Under the pieces are notes generated by a model. It saw only the letters and a program-made list of their open reading frames with translations, ran no database searches and was not told where the DNA came from. Positions 40,146 to 50,829 of a stretch of DNA of 64,000 nt are shown one piece after another. The position numbers were made by a program, and so were the translations under genes. The DNA lies in assembly GCA_022764465.1 (NCBI GenBank), contig JALERL010000060.1, positions 36,645 to 100,644 of the forward strand, written 5' to 3'. Positions within the stretch are counted from its first letter, which is position 1, and the number at the start of each line of letters is the position of its first letter. Origin of the DNA: Lachnospiraceae bacterium. GTDB lineage: Bacteria; Bacillota; Clostridia; Lachnospirales; Lachnospiraceae.

Positions 40146-41756
40146 ATGCCTGTAAAATACGTCTTTGTCACTGGTGGTGTTGTATCAGGACTTGGAAAAG
40201 GAATCACTGCCGCATCCCTTGGACGTCTGTTAAAAGCCAGAGGCTTTAAGGTAACCATGCAGAAATTCGATCCATACATCAATATCGATCCGGGAACCAT
40301 GAACCCGATCCAGCATGGTGAGGTATTCGTTACGGATGATGGAGCAGAAACAGATCTTGACCTTGGTCACTATGAGCGTTTCATCGATGAGAGCTTAACG
40401 AAAAATTCCAACGTTACAACCGGTAAGGTATACTGGTCTGTATTACAGAAGGAACGTCGTGGAGACTTCGGCGGAGGTACCGTTCAGGTAATTCCTCATA
40501 TTACAAATGAGATCAAGAGCCGCTTCTACCGTAACTTCACCTCCAAGGATACACATATTGCGATCATCGAGGTCGGTGGTACGGTTGGTGACATCGAAAG
40601 CCAGCCTTTCTTAGAGTCCATCCGTCAGTTCCAGCATGAGATCGGACATGAGAACGCGATCCTGATCCATGTTACACTGATCCCTTATATCAAGGCTTCC
40701 GGTGAATTAAAGACAAAGCCGACACAGGCAAGCGTAAAGGAACTTCAGGGAATGGGTATCCAGCCGGATATCATCGTCTGCCGTTCCGAGCATCCGCTCG
40801 ATCAGGGCTTAAAGGACAAGATCGCCTTATTCTGTAACGTTCCGAACGATCACGTTTTACAGAACCTTGACGTAGAATATTTATATGAAGCTCCTCTTGC
40901 AATGGAAAAAGAGAACCTTGCAAGCGTTGTATGTGAATCTCTCCACTTAGACTGCCCGACACCGGATCTTGCAGACTGGACAGAGATGGTAGATGCACTC
41001 CGTCATCCGGTACAGGAAGTAAATATCTCCTTAGTCGGAAAATATACACAGTTACACGATGCATACATCTCCGTTGTAGAGGCATTAAAGCACGGTGGTA
41101 TCGCAGAGCGTGCGACCGTAAACCTCAACTGGGTGGATTCCGAGCTTCTGACCGAGGACAATGTAGAATCTTACCTTGGTAACTCTGACGGTATCATCGT
41201 TCCGGGCGGCTTTGGTGACCGTGGTGTAGAGGGAATGATCCTGACTGCAAAATATGCACGCGAGCACAAGATCCCATACCTTGGCATCTGTCTTGGCATG
41301 CAGGTTGCTATCATCGAATACGCAAGACATATCTGTGGTCTGCACGATGCACACAGTATCGAGCTTGATCCTAAGACCAATCATCCGGTCATTGCCTTAA
41401 TGGCAGATCAGGATGGTGTCGAGGATATCGGCGGAACCTTAAGACTTGGTTCTTACCCTTGTGTATTAGACAAGACCTCTAAGGCATACGAAGTATATGG
41501 CGATGAGACGATCCATGAGAGACATCGTCACAGATATGAAGTAAACAACGATTATCGTACGATCCTTACCGAAAAGGGCATGAAGCTCTGTGGTCTTTCC
41601 CCGGACGGAAGAATCGTAGAAATGATCGAGATCCCGGATCATCCTTGGTTCATTGCAACACAGGCCCATCCGGAACTGAAGTCCCGTCCAAACCGCCCAC
41701 ATCCATTATTCAAGGGCTTTATCAAGGCTTCCGTAGATCGTAAAAACAACAAATAA
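40146..41756 (+). CDS. pyrG: CTP synthase
   Basis: [26 protein letters not shown] and HPE motifs. Confidence 0.97.
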   Translation: MPVKYVFVTGGVVSGLGKGITAASLGRLLKARGFKVTMQKFDPYINIDPGTMNPIQHGEVFVTDDGAETDLDLGHYERFIDESLTKNSNVTTGKVYWSVLQKERRGDFGGGTVQVIPHITNEIKSRFYRNFTSKDTHIAIIEVGGTVGDIESQPFLESIRQFQHEIGHENAILIHVTLIPYIKASGELKTKPTQASVKELQGMGIQPDIIVCRSEHPLDQGLKDKIALFCNVPNDHVLQNLDVEYLYEAPLAMEKENLASVVCESLHLDCPTPDLADWTEMVDALRHPVQEVNISLVGKYTQLHDAYISVVEALKHGGIAERATVNLNWVDSELLTEDNVESYLGNSDGIIVPGGFGDRGVEGMILTAKYAREHKIPYLGICLGMQVAIIEYARHICGLHDAHSIELDPKTNHPVIALMADQDGVEDIGGTLRLGSYPCVLDKTSKAYEVYGDETIHERHRHRYEVNNDYRTILTEKGMKLCGLSPDGRIVEMIEIPDHPWFIATQAHPELKSRPNRPHPLFKGFIKASVDRKNNK

Positions 41757-41765
41757 AGAGTTCAC

Positions 41766-41800
41766 AAAAGCCGGATGCTGATCTGCATCCGGCTTTTCTT
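41766..41800. terminator. Bidirectional intrinsic terminator
   Basis: AAAAGCCGGATGC / GCATCCGGCTTTT between convergent genes. Confidence 0.85.
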
Positions 41801-41832
41801 CTGATCTGAATCACAATCAGAATGATTCTGAC

Positions 41833-42237
41833 CTATTTTTCTTCGGTATCAATAAAACGCATCTTACCTTCATCCTGTACAGGTGCGGCGGCAAAGCCCT
41901 GTCCCTGTCCATTTAACAGCTTTAAGCACTTCGGGCAAAGTGTTCCAAAGCTGACCTTCGCTCCACAGCGCAGACAGAAGCTCGCTCCCACACTCTTCTT
42001 TCCGTTCTCCTTATATTCAATCCTGCCATCCTTGATCCAGTCCTTGACCTGCTTGATCGGTATGTCAAAATGTTCTGCCACATCATACTCATTCACATCA
42101 TTCGAACGGATATAATCCCGCACTTCATCAAACAATGCCAGTTCCTCACATCCAGGGCAGTAATCCTTCGGATATGTAACCGGCAGCATCATGCCGCAGC
42201 CCTTGCAATACTTGTACTGTGTACTCTCTTCGTTCAT
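41833..42237 (-). CDS. Zinc-ribbon/HTH protein resembling the flagellar operon protein YvyF
   Basis: Four CxxC pairs flanking F..VRDYIR...I...VKDWIKDGRIE. Confidence 0.65.
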   Translation of the reverse strand: MNEESTQYKYCKGCGMMLPVTYPKDYCPGCEELALFDEVRDYIRSNDVNEYDVAEHFDIPIKQVKDWIKDGRIEYKENGKKSVGASFCLRCGAKVSFGTLCPKCLKLLNGQGQGFAAAPVQDEGKMRFIDTEEK

Positions 42238-42439
42238 GTTCTCTTCCCACTCTCTTTATAATATTCCCATATATAGAATGTATCTCCCTTACGCATTCTT
42301 ATCTTTTTATATATTCCACGGAAAATATATGTTTGTATTTAATTTTAACACACTTATCGTACCGAATCTATTGAAAAATCTATGTTTTTCGCATAAAATT
42401 AGGATAGGTTATTTTTTTACATAATTGTTGGAGGGACTT

Positions 42440-44356
42440 ATGTATCATACGAAAAAAATTGGGATCTTTATCTCCCATTTATTTGGATATTATCAGAAGC
42501 ATGTCTGTCAGGGCATCATCGATAAAGCACTCGAATATGGTTATACTGCTGAGATCTATACTTCCATGGACGGAGAAGATCTTGGTGCTTATGGCATCGG
42601 GGAAGAAAGCATTCTGCGGGTACCAAATTACAACAGCTTAGATGGCATCATCTTTGCTTCCGGCACCTATCCGTCCACAGATCTGAAGAATAAGATCCTG
42701 CGCAAGCTTCAAAAAAAATGTACCTGTCCGATCATCGAAGTTGCGGAAACAGAGACAAACTTTCCTTCGATACGGTTAGAAAATAACAATACCACTGCCA
42801 GGCTTACCGAGCACCTGATCACAGAACATGGCTACAAGCGGATCTGTTATCTGGGCTGTGCCGAAGAGACCTACTTTTCAGACCAGCGTGAGAATTACTT
42901 CCGTACTACCATGGAAAAGCATCATCGCACGATCGGTTCACATGATGTCTATACTGCGGCTTATTCCACAGACTCTGTAACATCTGCGCTTGCATTTTTT
43001 GAAAAAAAGGGCTGTCCGGATGCAGTTGTCTGTTATAACGACCGGCTGGCACGCCTTTTTATGATCGCTGCCTTATCCAGCGGCTACCAGATCCCGGAGG
43101 ATATTGCCATTACCGGCTGCGACGATACCGTCGAAGGACAGAATATCAATCCACCGCTTACGACTGTTTCGTTCCCTGTCTATGAGCTTGGAACAACGGC
43201 AGTCGAACAGCTGATACATCTGCTTCACAACGAGCTGGTAGAACCGGTCACTACAATCCAGGCCAGTCCGATCTACCGCTGCTCCTGCGGCTGTACCAAG
43301 TCCGCTGCGGTCAATTCCATCTTCTATGAACAGGCACTGAATGAACGGATCGATTCTCTGGAAGATTCGATTTTCAAGTCCATGCATATGTCAGCTTCCT
43401 TCCAGGGAATTACGGATCTTGACGCCGGCATGGATCTGCTTGTGACTTATATTGAACAGATCTCCCATTGCAAGGAATGCTATCTCTGCCTGTATCCGGA
43501 CTGGGATGCCATCTCCGACCATATCCTTGCACTGACGGATCAGGAAGCGGATGAAACCGATTCCGATTCCGTACTTCTTGCCCTTGCATGGAGGGATGGA
43601 AAACGGCTTCCACAATGCAGTTTCCAGAGGAAATACACACTGCCGGAACATATTTACCGTGATTCTGACTGTGCCTATATTTTCACACCACTGTTCTTTG
43701 GTAAAAAGGAATTCGGATACATTGCACTTGCCTACGAAAAGAACCTGATCGACTACCATTTCCAGATGGTACACTGGACGATGAATCTCAGCCAGTTCTT
43801 ACAGACACTGTGTGACGCCAGACGTACCGGACTGTTAGTAAGCAGACTCGAATCGATCTATACGAAGGATGCCCTGACCGGTCTGCTGAACAAGCACGGC
43901 TATCTGGCTCAGGAACCACTTCTGTTAGCTCAGGCAGCACAACAGCACACAAATGTAACTGCATTTTTCTTTGATCTGGACTGTTTAAAGCAGATCAATG
44001 ATAACTTTGGACACAGTGAGGGTGATTTTGCACTTCAGGTGATCGGACATGCAATTGAAAACGCCACCAAAGAGGGCGATATCTGTGCCCGCTTCAGTGG
44101 CGATGAATTCTATGTATTGACGATGGATTATTCTCCTCAGGATGAAGTGGATCTGATCCGCAACATCCAGAAATATCTGGATCACTATAACAAGTTAAGC
44201 AGCAAGCCTTATCTGGTTTCCATCAGTGCCGGCTGTGCTTCCATTCACTGTGATACACAAGCTACACCGGAACAGATCGAACAGCTTTTTGAAGCTGCCG
44301 ATCAGAAGATGTACGCGCAGAAGACAAGCAAGGAAAAACATGTTTTCCGGGAATGA
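42440..44356 (+). CDS. Diguanylate cyclase-like protein with a LacI-type sugar-binding N-terminal domain
   Basis: IPEDIAITGCDD..PPLTTV (LacI/PBP fold, no HTH); DALTGLLN, KQINDNFGH and RFSGDEF; GGAGG RBS. Confidence 0.88.
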   Translation: MYHTKKIGIFISHLFGYYQKHVCQGIIDKALEYGYTAEIYTSMDGEDLGAYGIGEESILRVPNYNSLDGIIFASGTYPSTDLKNKILRKLQKKCTCPIIEVAETETNFPSIRLENNNTTARLTEHLITEHGYKRICYLGCAEETYFSDQRENYFRTTMEKHHRTIGSHDVYTAAYSTDSVTSALAFFEKKGCPDAVVCYNDRLARLFMIAALSSGYQIPEDIAITGCDDTVEGQNINPPLTTVSFPVYELGTTAVEQLIHLLHNELVEPVTTIQASPIYRCSCGCTKSAAVNSIFYEQALNERIDSLEDSIFKSMHMSASFQGITDLDAGMDLLVTYIEQISHCKECYLCLYPDWDAISDHILALTDQEADETDSDSVLLALAWRDGKRLPQCSFQRKYTLPEHIYRDSDCAYIFTPLFFGKKEFGYIALAYEKNLIDYHFQMVHWTMNLSQFLQTLCDARRTGLLVSRLESIYTKDALTGLLNKHGYLAQEPLLLAQAAQQHTNVTAFFFDLDCLKQINDNFGHSEGDFALQVIGHAIENATKEGDICARFSGDEFYVLTMDYSPQDEVDLIRNIQKYLDHYNKLSSKPYLVSISAGCASIHCDTQATPEQIEQLFEAADQKMYAQKTSKEKHVFRE

Positions 44357-45823
44357 TCACTTTAACTGCATATTTTTGCGGTATTCACTTGGCGATACGC
44401 CGCAGGTACTTTTGAAGATCTTCATAAAATGCTTTTCATTATCATAGCCAACTTCCTGGCTGATCTCAATGACACGCATATCAGTACCTGCGAGCAGACG
44501 CTTCGCCTCCTCTACCCTTAGATTCTTCAGATAATTCACAAAATTACTTCCGGTATACTGCTTAAAGGAGTAGGAAAACAGCGAGTAATTCATCGAGATC
44601 TCATTCGATACCACGGCCATATTCAGATTCTTATTGTAATTCTGTTTAATATAATCAACTGCCTGCTGGATCTTCTGCTTATTCCGGTTCGTATCCACGC
44701 GGGTGTTGATCTTCTCATGGAATGCTAACAGCCAGTCCATGAAATCTTCTTCAAAGTCATCAATACAAGGATACTGAAAGATCACTTCTAACTGATCCGT
44801 TTTCTCCTGTTCCGGTTCCATCATATTCCGGTAAGTCTTTGAAACATCTTCGAAAAAGCGTTTCATACTCTTTTCAAAATCATCCGACCGGATCCTTCCT
44901 GCTCTTACTGCATAAAAGAATGCATTCCAGGCATGCACCACATCCTCTGTCTTATCCGTTCCAAGTAACTGTACACGCTGTAAGTGTGTTTCTTCCTCGA
45001 TCAGCTTTCGTGCTTCTTCTAAAACGACCTCCGGAATACGCTTTTCTTCTGCTCCGTCATAAACCACTTCACGATTGGTACAAAATGCCTGTTTCCGACT
45101 TTTTAATGCTTCCTGATATGCCTCCGGCAATGCAGAAATCCCACTATGTATACCGCTGACACCTACATATTCATGCAGCAGTTCGTTTTTCAAAAGCATC
45201 GGAAGGCTCTCCTCACGGACGATAAACACATCACTTTCTTCGACACCATGCAGGAAGATGTATTCTTCCCGCTCTGCTTCCATCTCCTCGGTATTTTTAC
45301 AGCATACATAGTAGCTGCCTTCAAAAAACATCTCTCCATACTGCTCTTCTAACAATGCCACCTCTTCCGCTGTGACCTGCTCATTTAACACAATATATTT
45401 TAACTGCTGTCTGCCGATACGTCTGCTTGTGCTGTTTTGCTTCCTGCTCTCGGCGATCTCTTTATCCAGCTTTTTCAAGATCTCTGTGATCTTGGTACGC
45501 TCGACCGGCTTAAGAATGTATTCCCGTACTCCCTGCCGCATCATTTCAACCGCATAGGAAAAATCATCATATCCGCTGATCGCTACGGTAAGCGGCTTAT
45601 GTTCTAACTCCTGCATCCTCTGCACCAGCTGGATTCCATCCATCTTCGGCATACGGATATCCGTAAACATCACATCGATCTTCTGCTCTTTTAAGATTTC
45701 GAGTGCTGTCTCTCCATTGTTACATTCCATAATGATCTCAACCGGTACGCCACTTCGCTGTACCATCGTCTTGATTCCCTGACGTATCATTTTTTCATCT
45801 TCTACAATCAGTACTGTTTTCAC
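44357..45823 (-). CDS. YesN-type response regulator (receiver plus AraC HTH)
   Basis: VEDE, TDIRMPKMDG and C-terminal VGY.NEKHF.K.FK...GVSPSEYR. Confidence 0.93.
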   Translation of the reverse strand: MKTVLIVEDEKMIRQGIKTMVQRSGVPVEIIMECNNGETALEILKEQKIDVMFTDIRMPKMDGIQLVQRMQELEHKPLTVAISGYDDFSYAVEMMRQGVREYILKPVERTKITEILKKLDKEIAESRKQNSTSRRIGRQQLKYIVLNEQVTAEEVALLEEQYGEMFFEGSYYVCCKNTEEMEAEREEYIFLHGVEESDVFIVREESLPMLLKNELLHEYVGVSGIHSGISALPEAYQEALKSRKQAFCTNREVVYDGAEEKRIPEVVLEEARKLIEEETHLQRVQLLGTDKTEDVVHAWNAFFYAVRAGRIRSDDFEKSMKRFFEDVSKTYRNMMEPEQEKTDQLEVIFQYPCIDDFEEDFMDWLLAFHEKINTRVDTNRNKQKIQQAVDYIKQNYNKNLNMAVVSNEISMNYSLFSYSFKQYTGSNFVNYLKNLRVEEAKRLLAGTDMRVIEISQEVGYDNEKHFMKIFKSTCGVSPSEYRKNMQLK

Positions 45824-45846
45824 ACTATCCCCACCTTTATAACAAC

Positions 45847-47643
45847 TTAATTTTCGGTATTTTTTAATGGTATACGGACCATGACCTTGGTATAACAGCC
45901 AAGCATAGAAGCAATCTGGAGTCCATATCCGTCTCCAAACGAGATATGAAGCCGGTCCTGTACATTTTTGAGTCCGATTCCATGCCCGGAACCGTCACCG
46001 GTTTCCATCTCTCCTGCAATCTTTTTCCTTAGTGCATCTAATTCTTCTTCGGTCATTCCCTTTCCTGCATCCGTAATCTCAATGATACAGTCGTTGCCAT
46101 CGAACAATCCCTTGATATAGATATTCGTATCCTCCGCCATCTGTTCGATTCCATGATAGATCGCATTTTCCACGATCGGCTGTAAGGACATCTTCGGGAT
46201 CTCCTGCTTCTTAATAATATCCGGTATGTTCAGTGACAGATAGATCTCATAATCCACCCTGAGATTGATCAGGGCAAGATAGTTCTTAATGTACTCTAAT
46301 TCATCCTCTACCAGCACATTACCGGATACCCACTTCATGCTGTAGCGCAACAGCTTGCCAAGTGAAGTGATCGCATCGGAGATCGCATATTCCTCATCAA
46401 TCTCTGCCATCATCTTGATCGACTCTAAGACATTATAGATAAAATGCGCATTGATCTGGTTCTGGAGTGCGCGGATCTCGGAATTCTTCACCAAAAGCTC
46501 ACGCTTTAAATTATCATCCGTCAACTGTTTGATCCGGTCTAACATCTTGTTGATCTGTCTTGCCAGTTCTCCCATCTCATCTGTTCCGCCGGCTTCCATA
46601 CGGATATCCAGATTTCCTGCCTGTACCTTACGGATCGATGCCAGGATCTGATAAAAACGCCGAAGCAGCAGCTTCACCGTGAGATTGACCAGAAATCCCA
46701 CTCCGGTCAGAATGAGAAGCATGGAAACAATAAAAACGGTACGCATATGGTAAACCTGCTGAATATTTTCCGTGATATCCTGTACACTGAAAAGTGTTCC
46801 GTCCAGTTCGCGGATATACATACAGGAGACAATCAGATTCCTGCCCTTACTCTTTTCATAAAGTGTAGCAATATCATCGGTCTGAAGTCCCTTTTCCATC
46901 TCACTTTGCACAAATGCTGCGGCATCCTCCGTCTCATTATCACTAAAAAGCATGCCATCCCGGTTCGAGATAAAGCAGCTCCATTCATTTTCAATATCTT
47001 CATACAGGGATGGAAAGATTGTCTGCAGCTTCATTGATGCTTCAACCGTTCCAATTGTGCCATAGCCGTAGTCCTCAATATCCGTAACTAAAGATAACAG
47101 CTTTTCACCGGAATCTGTATCTCCATCCTCCGAAAAAATCCGGTCGGTATAGCCGAAGTTATAGCCTTCATAATCCTCTTCTACCGCCCATGCCTGTTTT
47201 TCCATACGTGAATGCTGATACAGAACCGGCAGCATTTCCTGTACGTTATCATTTTTTGCATAGACACGGACGCTGTATAAGAGCGGATTGTTATTCACCA
47301 GACGCTCTAACGCCGCAATATCCGTATTATAGAAATTAAACAGTGCACCGGTTGACATCTTCTTCCCGGATACGGCATCTTCTAAAACTTCCTTCATTGC
47401 CGCATCACTGATAAAAAACTGTGTGGACATATTCAGGGAATCAATGCTCGTCTGGATATTGTCACGGTTCCGTTCCATCGTATACTGCATATAATGAACG
47501 TTCTCATTGACCACATTCTGCTCCATATTGTAAAAGATAATTCCTGCAAGAACCCCGATTGGAATCGTAACTAGCAGTATAATCACCAGTGTAAACTTTA
47601 TATTCAGTTTTAATCCTGCAATCCTATCCTTCCATTTCTTCAT
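45847..47643 (-). CDS. YesM-type sensor histidine kinase
   Basis: Two TM helices, HAMP, LQNQINAHFIYN, LQPIVENAIYHG and GIGLKNV. Confidence 0.93.
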   Translation of the reverse strand: MKKWKDRIAGLKLNIKFTLVIILLVTIPIGVLAGIIFYNMEQNVVNENVHYMQYTMERNRDNIQTSIDSLNMSTQFFISDAAMKEVLEDAVSGKKMSTGALFNFYNTDIAALERLVNNNPLLYSVRVYAKNDNVQEMLPVLYQHSRMEKQAWAVEEDYEGYNFGYTDRIFSEDGDTDSGEKLLSLVTDIEDYGYGTIGTVEASMKLQTIFPSLYEDIENEWSCFISNRDGMLFSDNETEDAAAFVQSEMEKGLQTDDIATLYEKSKGRNLIVSCMYIRELDGTLFSVQDITENIQQVYHMRTVFIVSMLLILTGVGFLVNLTVKLLLRRFYQILASIRKVQAGNLDIRMEAGGTDEMGELARQINKMLDRIKQLTDDNLKRELLVKNSEIRALQNQINAHFIYNVLESIKMMAEIDEEYAISDAITSLGKLLRYSMKWVSGNVLVEDELEYIKNYLALINLRVDYEIYLSLNIPDIIKKQEIPKMSLQPIVENAIYHGIEQMAEDTNIYIKGLFDGNDCIIEITDAGKGMTEEELDALRKKIAGEMETGDGSGHGIGLKNVQDRLHISFGDGYGLQIASMLGCYTKVMVRIPLKNTEN

Positions 47644-47691
47644 CCAATTTCCTATCTGTCCTATCCATTTCTGACTTTACTTCCATAACTG

Positions 47692-49335
47692 CTACTCCAT
47701 GCCAAGTTTTTCCTTTGCCTGCTGCCACAACTCTGTTTTCTTCTCTATCAGATCCGCATATCCATATGTATCACGCATGGTAATAAAATCCTGCATAATG
47801 GCATCAAACCGTTCATCGGAAGGAGCAAGCAGCAGCTTTGGCAGTGTCTCACTCCAGAGTAACGTGATCTTTTCATCTGCATTGGCTTCCTTCGAATCCG
47901 TCGGCAAGATTGAATCATACTGTCCGTTATAGACGACATATGGATACGTCCACTTCTCTAACTGCGAAATCGGTTCAGGTGCATCACTTTTCCACTGTAG
48001 CTGCATGATGTTATCCTGAAGCATCCAGTAGGTATTATCTGCTCCATAGAGCTTGTTATATTTCGTCCAGTCTGAATTCAGCAGTTCATCCACTTCCTTG
48101 TTCAACACCGGCTTGCCATCTACCATTTCATACATCTCACCCTCAACGCCCAGATAGGTGAGCTTCTGTCCATGTTCACTCATCAGATAGTCGATGAACT
48201 GGATCGCACGATCCGGATACTTACAGTTTTTTGAGATCATCGTAACCGTCCAGCCATTGATCCCGGTGGTCGGCAGTGTCGGATCATCTCCGTTGGAATT
48301 CTTCGGTCCATCGACCGCCATATAGATCCGCTCCGGATGATTCGCATATAGTGACTTCTGCTGTGCTAACATATCCGTATACTGATACAGCATGCAAAAA
48401 TACTGTCCATCCGCTAACTTCTCTTCCATCTGGCTTCTCTGGTCGATAAAGATATCGTCTGCAAGATAGCCCTCTGCGCCGAGCTGCCGGAAGGTCTTTA
48501 ACCAGTTTAGATAATCCGGATCTGTATAACGGTCATAAAGCTTTCCATCCTTTTCCCATGGAACAGCCAGAAAGTCCATCAGATAATTGTCAAAGGAAAC
48601 ATTCCCCTGATTCGTAAAAACATGTGCTCCGATCGGAATGAGCGGCTTGCCATCTACCTCTGGGAACATTTCGACTGCCTTTTTGACTGCTGCCGAAAAA
48701 CCTTCCGGTGTCGTCATATCCGGGCTTCCGATCGCTTCATAGATATCCTTACGCACCAGAAACGTCTCATTCGAAGCAATATTTTCATGTTCCTCTAAAT
48801 CCTTCGCCGTGCAGCTCGAATTCGGATAATAATAGATATTGCCATCTTCCTTCGTATACCAGTTGACCGTATCCGGATCACTTACCTTCCAGAAGTACAG
48901 ATCATACTTATCTGCCAGTTCATTTAACGGATAGATCATATCCTTTTCGATCATCTCATCTAACTGGCTTTCCCACCAGCCGATCGTTAAAATATCCGGC
49001 AGGGAATCCGAAGCGATCAGCGCATTTAACTTTTCCACCTCATTGCCGCTTGGCGTGATAAAGTTCACATCTACCCCGGTTTCCTCTGTGATCTTCTCCG
49101 ATACCAGATTATTGCCCCATTCATTTTTAAACCAGGAGTAATTCACATACCAGTCCAGTGTGACCGGTTCCTCTGTATGCAGCATCCAGCCCGGTGTATC
49201 CGCACTGACCTGCTTTGCCATCACCGGATCAGCCTCTGCCTTCCCGCTCTTATCCGCGAAGAATCCAAGCAGACCTGCAAATGCTGCCAGACCCAGTGCA
49301 CAACAGATTTTTTTGGTAATATATTCTCTTTGCAT
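47692..49335 (-). CDS. Extracellular solute-binding protein associated with the HK/RR pair (sensor SBP)
   Basis: ITEETGV, LIASDSLPD and LGVEG..Y (LplA-like); directly upstream of the HK. Confidence 0.85.
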   Translation of the reverse strand: MQREYITKKICCALGLAAFAGLLGFFADKSGKAEADPVMAKQVSADTPGWMLHTEEPVTLDWYVNYSWFKNEWGNNLVSEKITEETGVDVNFITPSGNEVEKLNALIASDSLPDILTIGWWESQLDEMIEKDMIYPLNELADKYDLYFWKVSDPDTVNWYTKEDGNIYYYPNSSCTAKDLEEHENIASNETFLVRKDIYEAIGSPDMTTPEGFSAAVKKAVEMFPEVDGKPLIPIGAHVFTNQGNVSFDNYLMDFLAVPWEKDGKLYDRYTDPDYLNWLKTFRQLGAEGYLADDIFIDQRSQMEEKLADGQYFCMLYQYTDMLAQQKSLYANHPERIYMAVDGPKNSNGDDPTLPTTGINGWTVTMISKNCKYPDRAIQFIDYLMSEHGQKLTYLGVEGEMYEMVDGKPVLNKEVDELLNSDWTKYNKLYGADNTYWMLQDNIMQLQWKSDAPEPISQLEKWTYPYVVYNGQYDSILPTDSKEANADEKITLLWSETLPKLLLAPSDERFDAIMQDFITMRDTYGYADLIEKKTELWQQAKEKLGME

Positions 49336-49382
49336 CTCTTTCCCCTTTTATTCCCCTGCTTCTAATCTTATTCCATTATTCT

Positions 49383-49814
49383 TCAAAGTCCCCTGACACA
49401 TGTACGAAGCACACGGATTTCATCTTCACTCATTTCCCAGGTGGGTGAATTCTCATCCGTTGTGTTCTGATTCTCTACGATCAGAACCGCTCCCTTATCA
49501 TCTAAAATATGATTGTGCCAGATTCCTTTTCTTATATTATATAATCTGTATGGCTCCATTTCAACGGATTTATAATTTCCCGGACAATCATCTTCCCCTG
49601 CAAGGATCAGTCTGCACCGCCCCGAAATAAGAACAAAAACTTCGTCTGTCTGCATGTGCTTCTGCATCCAGTGGATCTTCTCCAATCGTGTATTTTCACA
49701 GGATCGTAAGACTGCAACCCGCCATCCTTCATAATCCTTTAATGGCTGATAATCCTCTGCGGGAAAGTCTATGATCTCTATCTCTGCTGTATTTCTTTTT
49801 TCTTTTTCCATCAC
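49383..49814 (-). CDS. Cupin-like hypothetical protein
   Basis: HMQTDEVF and GIWH cupin metal-binding pattern. Confidence 0.7.
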   Translation of the reverse strand: MMEKEKRNTAEIEIIDFPAEDYQPLKDYEGWRVAVLRSCENTRLEKIHWMQKHMQTDEVFVLISGRCRLILAGEDDCPGNYKSVEMEPYRLYNIRKGIWHNHILDDKGAVLIVENQNTTDENSPTWEMSEDEIRVLRTCVRGL

Positions 49815-49842
49815 CGGCTCCTTTTCTTATTTCCTTTGATAT

Positions 49843-49990
49843 GCAAACAGCAAGACAATACCTTGGGGAAATATTGTCTTGCTGCTATGCTTACATAATA
49901 GGGGGAGAGAATTACTTATATATATTTCTAATCACATACATTGGGGTGTATATGATGAAATACCTCATGAAAAATTTAACTGTTACTCAA
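49843..49990 (-). ncRNA. Candidate C-rich 3'-UTR sRNA and terminator of the ABC operon
   Basis: Three C-runs on the minus strand; 13-bp terminator stem CAGCAAGACAATA / TATTGTCTTGCTG. Confidence 0.4.
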
Positions 49991-49991
49991 T

Positions 49992-50828
49992 TTATTCCTT
50001 TACACTACCTGCGGAAATACTGCTGATAATGTATTTTGAACAGAAACAGAACACGATCAGAATCGGAACTACGGAAATCGCAACTCCAAGGTAAATAGCA
50101 CCCTGATTCTTCTGAAGATCTGTTGCTGCATTTAAGGTAGTGATCATAACCGGAAGGGTCATCTTGTTCGGTGTATTCAATAAGATCAACGGAACAAGAT
50201 AGTTATTCCAGTTTCCTATAAAGGAGCCGATCGACATAGTTGCAATACCCGGAGCCATGATTGGAAGAACGATCTTATGGAAGATACGAAGCTCCGATGC
50301 ACCGTCGATTCTGGCTGCCTCTAATAGCGCTTTTGATAAGGTTGACTGTACATACTGGCGAAGGAAAAATACAATTCCCGGTGCGGCGATTGCAGGCAGG
50401 ATCAGAGGAATGTAGGAGTCTACCAGATGCAGCTTCTGACACAGATTGTAGAAACCGATCAGACTTAACTGTGCCGGGATCATCATGAAGATGATGATCA
50501 CCTTAAACAGTGTGTTGTTTCCCTTGAACTTGTAGATTGCCATTGCATACGCAGTAATCGCTGAAAAGTATGCAGTCAGTAATGTTGCCGGAACTGCAAC
50601 CTTGATGCTGTTCCAAAAGCCCTGAAACAGGTTGACGTAATTAAACAGTGCAGTCCAGTTATCTTTTAAACTTTTGCCCGGAAGGAAGGAGAAGGAATGT
50701 GTGATTTCTACTCCACTTCTTGTTGCATTTACGATCATCAGCCAGAATGGGAGAAGACACGCAGCAGCAAGCAAAGTCAGACATATGTATAATATTCCTT
50801 TTTTAATTTTGGTTGCCGTAGTTGTCAT
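49992..50828 (-). CDS. Carbohydrate ABC permease (MalG-like)
   Basis: EAARIDGA loop; about 6 TM helices. Confidence 0.93.
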   Translation of the reverse strand: MTTTATKIKKGILYICLTLLAAACLLPFWLMIVNATRSGVEITHSFSFLPGKSLKDNWTALFNYVNLFQGFWNSIKVAVPATLLTAYFSAITAYAMAIYKFKGNNTLFKVIIIFMMIPAQLSLIGFYNLCQKLHLVDSYIPLILPAIAAPGIVFFLRQYVQSTLSKALLEAARIDGASELRIFHKIVLPIMAPGIATMSIGSFIGNWNNYLVPLILLNTPNKMTLPVMITTLNAATDLQKNQGAIYLGVAISVVPILIVFCFCSKYIISSISAGSVKE

Positions 50829-50829
50829 A

